In this document: piece after piece, positions 9,001 through 15,300 of the stretch
How positions within the stretch are numbered: position 1 is the first letter of the stretch
How the letters are laid out: each line of letters begins with the position of its first letter
NCBI GenBank assembly: GCA_944390335.1
Contig: CALXQA010000002.1
Coordinates: forward strand, 1 to 38,114
Source of the DNA: an uncultured Clostridia bacterium
GTDB taxonomy: Bacteria; Bacillota; Clostridia; TANB77; CAG-508
Direction: 5' to 3'
Length of the DNA: 38,114 nt
Position numbers and translations under genes: made by a program
Notes under the pieces: generated by a model
The model's input: only the letters and a program-made list of their open reading frames with translations
Told to the model about the DNA's origin: nothing
Databases searched by the model: none

Positions 9001-10996
9001 TACTATTTGTTGCTAATGATAGTGTATTTATTCCCATTGTTTCATTTTCGTTTGTATATCTTAATGTTATATTTGATTCTTTGCTTGGTAATAAGTTATC
9101 TAATGTTATATCTAACACTATTCTTATTACTGTTCCTTTTGATACTGCTTTACTTGCATATTTTGTTTGGATTCCTTTTAATTTTAGATATATCCTATTT
9201 CCTTCTATTCTAAAATCTTCTTGTACTAATTCATCTTCATATAGTAATCTTGCATCTTTAAATTCTATATTTTTTATTTCTTCTGGCATCTCTATTACTA
9301 GTTCTGGATTTTTATATAGTCTATCTGTTATATCATCTCTTTCTAGTGTTACTGTTATTACTACGTCTTCATTCTTTACTACTGTAGATAAGTTTGTATT
9401 ACTTATTTCTATTCCTGCTTTACTACTTGGTTCTTCTAATTCTATTTTACTTTCTGTTTCTCCATTTACTTCTATCTTTGATGTTAGTGTATTAAAGCTT
9501 GCTATCTGCTCTTTTGTATATACTACTTCTCCTCTTATTGCTTTTTCTACTTCTAATGTTATTGTTCCTTCTTCTATTGGCTTACTTAATTCATATCTTA
9601 TTTTTGATTCATTTACTTCTATTTCTAATGTATCTTTATTTATTGTTCCTATTAGGCTTCCATCTTCTTTTAATACTTTTATTTCTCCGTTTTCTCCTAA
9701 TATTTTTATTAATTCTTCTCTATTTACTTTTAATTTTTTAGTATATATTACACCTGTTGCATCTATATCATTTAGGTATTCTCCTGTTTCTTTTACTAAC
9801 ACATTATCTAATGCTTGAGCCCATCCTACCTCTATCTCATATTTTTGTGAGAATTGTGTATCCATCTTTCCTTCATTTTTTTCGATATTTGTATACATAT
9901 ATCCTTTACTTAGTTTTTCTTGATTGTTAATTATTTTACTATTTACTATCTCTCCTATTTTCCCTTCTATTTCATATTCGTTATTATCACTTTCTCCTTC
10001 TATTTTACTTCCATTTATTCCTTCTATTATCGTTTTTATCTTTGTATTTATATCTATATTCTCTTCATTTGTATTTACATCATATTTGTATGTTATTATG
10101 TATTCATCTGCTGCTTCCTTATTCCATGCTACTTTTCCATCTTCTCCTTCTTTATTTTCTACATTTATTTTTACTATTCCTGTCTCTGTATTATATTCAT
10201 AATTTTCTTCACTAAATCCACTTTCATCTATTATTCCATTTGTATTTCCGGTACTTATATTATTTACTATTACTTGTGTTGGTTTATTTCCATTTATTTC
10301 TGGTACTGTTATTTCCATTTCTTTTTTATTTATTGCTACTTTTGAGTCTTTTAATTTATTTTTCACTTTCATACTTATTATTGTTTGATTATTATATGTT
10401 AAATATCTTATTACTTCTTGACTTGTTTCTATTCCTAAGCTTTCTTCTTCTACTTTCCATGTTAATTTTTCTTTTATTTCTTTTTCTATTTTTCTCTCTT
10501 TATTTTCTCCATTTACATATATTGCATTTAGCTTTACTTTGCTTTCTTTACTATATATATCTTTTTCTATTCTTTCTGCTTTCTCTAATATTATTGGTAT
10601 TTCTAGTTTTATATCTTCACCCGCATTTATTTGATTTAATTCTATTTTGTTTTCTTCTATATTTTTTATTCTCTTATCATTATAACTATCTACATCTGCA
10701 AATATGTAATTGTTTTCCTCTAAGTTTATAGTTATATCTTTTAGGTATCCTGTATTTTCTACATCTATTTCTATATACATTTTATTTTCTGTATCATCTA
10801 TATTTGCTTCATATTCATACCCTCTATTTTCCTCTTTTGTCCCTATTCTTGCATCGAATTTTACATTTTCTTCTTCTGTATCACTATTTTGTTCACTTAA
10901 TACATCTACTGCATACACAGTAGTTGTAATAGCTTGGATTCCTACAAGCAAGAATATACTTAAAATTGCTAATATCTTGTCTGTTATTTTTTTCAT
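6092..10996 (-). CDS. Large (1634 aa) secreted, membrane/cell-wall-associated repeat protein. Multiple DUF11/CARDB-like beta-sandwich repeats, one SdrD-B-like domain, C-terminal TM helix.
   Basis: Signal peptide MKKITDKILAILSIFLLVGIQAITTTVYA and RBS GGAGGT upstream of the start. Repeat motifs include IKIKNTGSETANNVKVKMTLP and YIDLKNNGNYGITVSILDNIPKG. The SdrD-B-like motif is ISGLVWIDENEDGRKD...DGQGRYVFSNL. The C-terminal module (IDLGLKE...YQITVTNEG...EDDKSYADV) is homologous to the C-terminal module of the giant paralogues. The gene ends 16 nt before the start of the 2024-aa gene, so the two are probably one operon. Confidence 0.8.
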   Translation of the reverse strand: MKKITDKILAILSIFLLVGIQAITTTVYAVDVLSEQNSDTEEENVKFDARIGTKEENRGYEYEANIDDTENKMYIEIDVENTGYLKDITINLEENNYIFADVDSYNDKRIKNIEENKIELNQINAGEDIKLEIPIILEKAERIEKDIYSKESKVKLNAIYVNGENKERKIEKEIKEKLTWKVEEESLGIETSQEVIRYLTYNNQTIISMKVKNKLKDSKVAINKKEMEITVPEINGNKPTQVIVNNISTGNTNGIIDESGFSEENYEYNTETGIVKINVENKEGEDGKVAWNKEAADEYIITYKYDVNTNEENIDINTKIKTIIEGINGSKIEGESDNNEYEIEGKIGEIVNSKIINNQEKLSKGYMYTNIEKNEGKMDTQFSQKYEIEVGWAQALDNVLVKETGEYLNDIDATGVIYTKKLKVNREELIKILGENGEIKVLKEDGSLIGTINKDTLEIEVNESKIRYELSKPIEEGTITLEVEKAIRGEVVYTKEQIASFNTLTSKIEVNGETESKIELEEPSSKAGIEISNTNLSTVVKNEDVVITVTLERDDITDRLYKNPELVIEMPEEIKNIEFKDARLLYEDELVQEDFRIEGNRIYLKLKGIQTKYASKAVSKGTVIRIVLDITLDNLLPSKESNITLRYTNENETMGINTLSLATNSSNMKETSTSFNVVAPEGFVTTNTLSGYNGDESVTSQEGNVEVGNIPIFSEQKTMTVSGTIVNNLGTDANGLKILGRIPFIGNKEIGSNEDLGTTFDTIIDSRITHEGIDAITYYSTNGEADTDLEKEENAWVAEYVENAKSYMIVATAPVPHATKINIQYKVIIPSNLGYEQAAYANYGVYYSNEAQDGSSENLVLASKVGVKTESTPKIQSEITVKDLLTGEDISNGGNVTEGEYLSYNIKIKNTGSETANNVKVKMTLPTDSEITETGATEELCYLGKLIIQEESSTVETVFNKIYTINTQEKEIEETVESIEPGGERTITINLGVSGKVSILGEGLENTVRTTITADNLEGSSDNMFTTKLTKGYLLATLESNYDGLNVTQNQAVLLGVRVNNVNREEKTNVISKINIPQGIEYNNIRILPSENTSASFDENSRELTINFGTITANDSSTAEIMLDVTSSNNGQMDFKANVTCNETDKTISSNIISMYNNGENISATLTSNISEGTVLDTDELEYYIDLKNNGNYGITVSILDNIPKGLNCRSYKVEVTNGTGAKETDYTANQISTTVNLNAGGSARIIIRTATNILPEGEEKQITNTPVVTVDGRNIEINSITHTIIGSGGANNPNGQRNYRISGLVWIDENEDGRKDDNESRLGNITVTLYDQSTGNIAKDVNGNDVTTRTDGQGRYVFSNLNRGNYLVVVEYDTSNYEITTYQAEGVLESQNSDFIDAKLYDQKVAATNTIVTDNYNIYNIDLGLKEAKQFDLKIDKTIDRITVTNTKLDTRVHEYDNEKVAMVDLLNTYIEFSTVLVEYQITVTNEGAIPGYAREIVDYLPEGMAFASDLNEDWYLGQDGNLYTTSLANTLLNPGESRNITLILSRKMTGENTGTVRNIVEISKDYNEYGKADVDSVAGNNQDNEDDKSYADVILAMGTGKEVASFIGITIGVLTIVAFAVLLIKKYIIRKI

Positions 10997-11195
10997 TTTT
11001 ACCTCCTAAATGCTTAAATTGACATAACCATTTTCTTATTTATTAAGATATTTATGATGTCTTGCTTTTTAGTGTATTTTACAATATGACTATTTTATTA
11101 TTTTAGTTATTCTATATCTTAATCTTATCTTCTTTCTAATGCAAGTATGCATAAGTTATTTTTCGTTTTTTTGTTGTTTCTTATCTTTTTTGCCT

Positions 11196-11250
11196 TTACG
11201 GAAGTAAATTTTCAGGTTATTTATATTAAATTTTCTTTACAAAAGTGTAA
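11196..11250 (-). promoter_or_regulatory. Conserved upstream module, copy 1: TTACACTTTTG box and TTCCGTAA box, a putative promoter/operator for the 1634-aa/2024-aa operon.
   Basis: On the plus strand, the 8-mer ttacggaa and the 11-mer caaaagtgtaa start 44 nt apart. The identical arrangement occurs at 18380-18434 upstream of paralogue B. On the minus strand TTACAC can serve as a -35, with A/T-rich -10 candidates 17-19 nt downstream. Confidence 0.45.
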
Positions 11251-11492
11251 TAAAGTGCGATTTTTTATATATAATTTTTACCTAAGTTCTTATTTGCGTA
11301 AGAGTTTATTAATTAAATATTCAAATAATTATATTAGTTAAATTTTTAAAATATATACTTTATATACATGATTAGATATTATGTAAATTCTTACTTTTTC
11401 TTCTTATACACTTTATATTATAAAATTTAGATACGAAAAAAGAATAAACTAAAAACTTAATGTATAACTAATAATAAAGTAATATAAATCAA

Positions 11493-12246
11493 GTAGGCAA
11501 TAACACTTAATGCGTTTTTCCCCTCTCGCACAACCACTCAATCGGTTCTCTAAAGTAGCGGTTCAATTTGTACATTCAATATGTACTTTTGTATATTGGT
11601 CTAGTAGAAATACTAGACCTTTTTTCTTAACCTCTCTATATTAATTGCAAATTTCAGCCAATTCGTCTTACAGATTAATTGATATCCTTTTCTAGAACAA
11701 GTTATATTATGGGCTAATTCTCTTCCTACTCATAGTTCTTCTACTGCTTTTGCCTTTTGCTTATCTTTTTCCACTGTTTCCAGATTATTACTCTTATTCT
11801 TGTTCTTAATTGTTAATCAATTTCAATTATTTTGCTATTCTAAAGTAATTTATTCTCTCTCTTATCAAGTAATTTATTTTTTTATTCTGTTATCTAGGCT
11901 TATACTCCAGTTTCTGTTTGCTAGTTGTTTTAGTTTTCTTATCAATTTTTGATATGATTTTAGATGTGGTTTTGCTTTCCATTCTTTACCTTTTGACATC
12001 CAGAAACTAAATCCTAGATATTTTGTTTTTGTTAGTCTTGTTGCTTTGATTTTACTTGACTTGTAATGTAGCCTTACTATCTTATACAGCCTTAGTATCA
12101 AGTTTTTGTATATCGAGCCATGATTTTAATACACACTTCTCCCACTTCCACCTCACAATTGATAGCTTGTGTTTCTCTATGTAGTTGGCAATATCTACCT
12201 CTACTGCGGACTTTTACCGATTAGCTAAACGACATACCTGTCGCAC
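11493..12246 (-). mobile_element. Degenerate, internally deleted group II intron remnant. The 5' end is well supported; the 3' boundary is tentative.
   Basis: The minus strand starts GTGCGACAGGTATGTCG at 12246, the canonical group II 5' GUGCG. About 145 nt later it runs directly into reverse-transcriptase/maturase fragments. The tentative 3' end is ...TTATTGCCTAC at 11493. I could not fold a convincing domain V by eye. Confidence 0.6.
11650..12101 (-). pseudogene. Group II intron reverse transcriptase/maturase, 3' part only, broken by frameshifts and stop codons.
   Basis: Fragments in three reading frames match conserved intron-encoded protein motifs. They are KYLGFSFW...KPHLKSYQKLIRKLKQLANRNWSISLDNRIKK (RT domain 7 and linker), LIRERINYFRIAK (GW.NYFRIA type), QLRTRIRVIIWKQWKKISKR (X/maturase WKQWKK motif) and SRKGYQ. 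RT domains 0-6 are absent. Confidence 0.75.
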
Positions 12247-12253
12247 ATTAAAT

Positions 12254-12295
12254 AAAACATCTTAAATATAGATTTATCTATAATTTAAGATGTTT
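12254..12295 (-). terminator. Intrinsic terminator of giant adhesin paralogue B.
   Basis: On the minus strand, AAACATCTTAAATTATAGAT / ATCTATATTTAAGATGTTT forms a stem of about 19 bp with one bulge. It lies 35 nt after the stop codon and is followed by TATTTAAT. Confidence 0.7.
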
Positions 12296-12329
12296 ATTTT
12301 TCATTATATATATTTTTTAAATATACAGA

Positions 12330-15300
12330 TTAGTCTTTCTTTTTACCAAGTACTTTTTTCTTTATTAATATTATTGCTCCTCCAACTAGTATTGCTGCTA
12401 TTATTCCTGTTATTATCCATATTGCATAATTTCTATTTGCTCCTGTTGGTGGTAATATTAATACTTGTTGTGAACTATCACTGTCTATTTCTGTTGGTGT
12501 TACTAAGTCTGCTTTTGTATATATTCCTTCTTGTTCATCTGTTACAGCATCTGTTCCTAAACTTTGGTCTGCCATTGGTTGATTTCCGGCTACTGAGTAT
12601 TTCATTCTTCTTCCTTGGCTATTACTTGTTTGTACTATTTCTACTAAGTTGTTATATACCATACTGTCATTTCCTGTATCTGGTGCTAATGTTGATGATA
12701 ACATCATATTAGTAGTTAATGTTGATGTTCCTGCTTCTGCTTTTTCTGGATATATACCTTCGTTTCCAAGTGTTTTTGTTGTTACTATAACATTATATGT
12801 TCCTAATGTATTAATGTATTTACTATTTATTAGGTCTATATTTTGTCCTATATCTTTTCCACTGTTGTCACTTCCTGTAAGTTCATTTACTTGTCTTATT
12901 CCCCAATCTCCATTATTACTATTTGTTGGCAAGAATTGTAAGTTGTTTGATACATAGTCTACCACTGTATCTGCTGCTGTTGTTGATATATTACTTGCTG
13001 CTGTATTATTTGTTTTTCCTGTATAGTAGAACTGATTATCTAAGTAATCTACTTCTCCTATATTTGTTACACTAATTGTATAGTATAATTCTATTCTTGC
13101 TCCATACATTAATTCTTCGTCCATATATGTTGTTATTAATTCTGGCTGTTTCTCAGTATTTTTACCCATTGTTACACCTGTTAGTCTATATGCTTTACTA
13201 AACATGTTTGGAATATTTTCATAATTTCCTGAATGTCCTTCATGTTTTTTATATGATAGGTTATTTACTGAACTTCCTGTATCAAATAGTATACTTCCGT
13301 CTGCTAATGTTATTTTTAAGTTGCTTACTTCTTTATTTACTTTTAGTTGTGATACTGGTCTTTCTGTTAGTCCTAAATCAATGTCTTCAATTAAATATCC
13401 CATTTCATTTTTGTCACCTTGGTTTTCTGTTTTGTTTCTGTTATATTCTATTTCTACATTGATTACTCCTGTTTGTGATACCATTGCTGTGTTATTCATT
13501 TGTTCTTTTATCATATTTACTTGTTCTATAGCATCTTGTTTTGTTCCTACTTTTAGTCCTGCTGTTAATACTTCTGCTCTAGAATTTACAAGTGTCTGAT
13601 GGTCGCTTTCTCCATCTATATCACTAATTCCTCTACCATATTCATTTACATTAGACCTTATATTTCCAACATCTTTTGCATCTGATATTCCACTATGAAG
13701 ACTACTTTCTCCTATATTATAGTAGTACATTACATTTTTGTCTTTTCCATCTACTACTGAGATTTCTCTATTTACATAGTCACTTGTCTTTTTATTTGGT
13801 GTATTTATATTGTAGTTTTGTGCATTGTAGTCTACAAATCCTTTTATTCCATTGTACTCACCTGCTTGTTGATTTACTCCTGCTTGGTATGTTGTACTCT
13901 TATAGTCTTGCCCATTATATGATTTTGCATTTAATCCTTCTTTTGAAATAAATCCTTTATCATTGTCTACAGTTACATTGTCTCCTGATATTAGACTTAC
14001 AACTTCTGCTCCTTCTCCATCTGCTTTTGTTAGGGTTGTTTGTGTTGTATCTCCATATATGAATCTTATGAACATATCTCCTGCTGGTACTGCTTTAAAT
14101 CCATATTCTCCATCTTCATCTATTCCATATCCTTCTACACTAGTTGCACCTGGTCCTGATAATATTGGTGATACTGTTCCTTTTTGTCCACTATAATATC
14201 TTGCACTATTATTTCCTTCTGTACTTCCTGTATTTACCCAATTTCCGTTTTCATATTTTTTAGCAGTCCATACATATTCACCTAAGTAGTTTCCTTTGAA
14301 TATACCATTTTCATCAACATCTTGTATTAATTCTACTAACTGTACTGTTACACCATTTATCTTTGTCTCGCCTTCATCATATTTTCCGTTTCCAACAACA
14401 GCTAAATCTGATTCTTGATTTCTTTCATCTTCATATACATATCCTGTAAATGTTCTTTCATCTTCATCACCTTCTGGGAATACAAGTCTTACATTTGGTG
14501 CTTTATCTGTATCATCTTCTGCCCTATTGTCTACTGGATCTTCAGATGTTATTAAATCTCCATCTTCATCAATATCTTCTGCTCTTAAGTTTCCTGCTAT
14601 TGAGTCATTATCTACTAATCCTGCTACATCATTTGATACTGATTTATCTCTTTGCATATCACCTGAACCTAGTGTATTTGGAATAGTTGCTCCATCTTTA
14701 TAGTATGTTGAGTATCCATTTATTTCTGCTAAGTTTCTTTTTCCTACACCTTTTACTTCTCCAGTTTCTGTATTTACATCCATCTGTACTCTTCCATCCA
14801 TTCCTGTCTCATCTGTGTGTGTTTTTACTTTGAATGTTAGGTATACAAATGTCATTCCACCACCTGCTGATATTCTTTCATCTTTTTGTTCATAGTCTAC
14901 CATTCCAGTTAAGTATATTGGTGTATAGTAGTCTGTTAGTTCTGTATCTTTTCTATTGTTTCCAAGTGATGATTCTGTTTTTACTGTTAAGTCTCCAATT
15001 TTATTTCCATTTCTATCTCCTACATATGAATTTACATATGTACTTGATACATTTCCACTTTTGTCATAATTGTTATATTCATTTAGGTTATATTTATTTC
15101 CATTTAATTCACCATCAAATTCATATTGGCTACTATCAAAATAGTCTACTATTTCTTCTACTTTTGTATCGTATGTTTGTGATTGGTTTCTTACTATTAT
15201 TCTATATGTTACATATACTTGCATATCTTTAGCATCATTTTGTAATACTCCATATATACTTCCATCATATAAATACTCTGATTTTCTTATCTCTCTTGTG

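Noticed and set aside
11147-11341. A 64-aa plus-strand ORF in the upstream region of the 1634-aa gene.
   Set aside because: It has no RBS and a low-complexity F/L/I/Y composition, and it overlaps the conserved promoter module. It is most likely non-coding.
11500-11640. I tried to locate group II intron domains V and VI. Candidates included the hairpin GGTCTAGTATTTCTACTAGACC and the GAACCGCTAC...AGTGGTT pairing.
   Set aside because: None of the candidates gives the canonical 34-nt domain V with an AGC/CGC triad and a GNRA loop by eye. The 3' boundary is therefore left tentative rather than claimed.
11874-12101. A 75-aa ORF that could be taken for a small intact gene.
   Set aside because: It is only the RT-domain-7/linker fragment of a group II intron protein. 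The upstream RT domains are missing, and the downstream maturase motifs continue in other frames after stop codons. I annotated it as a pseudogene fragment.
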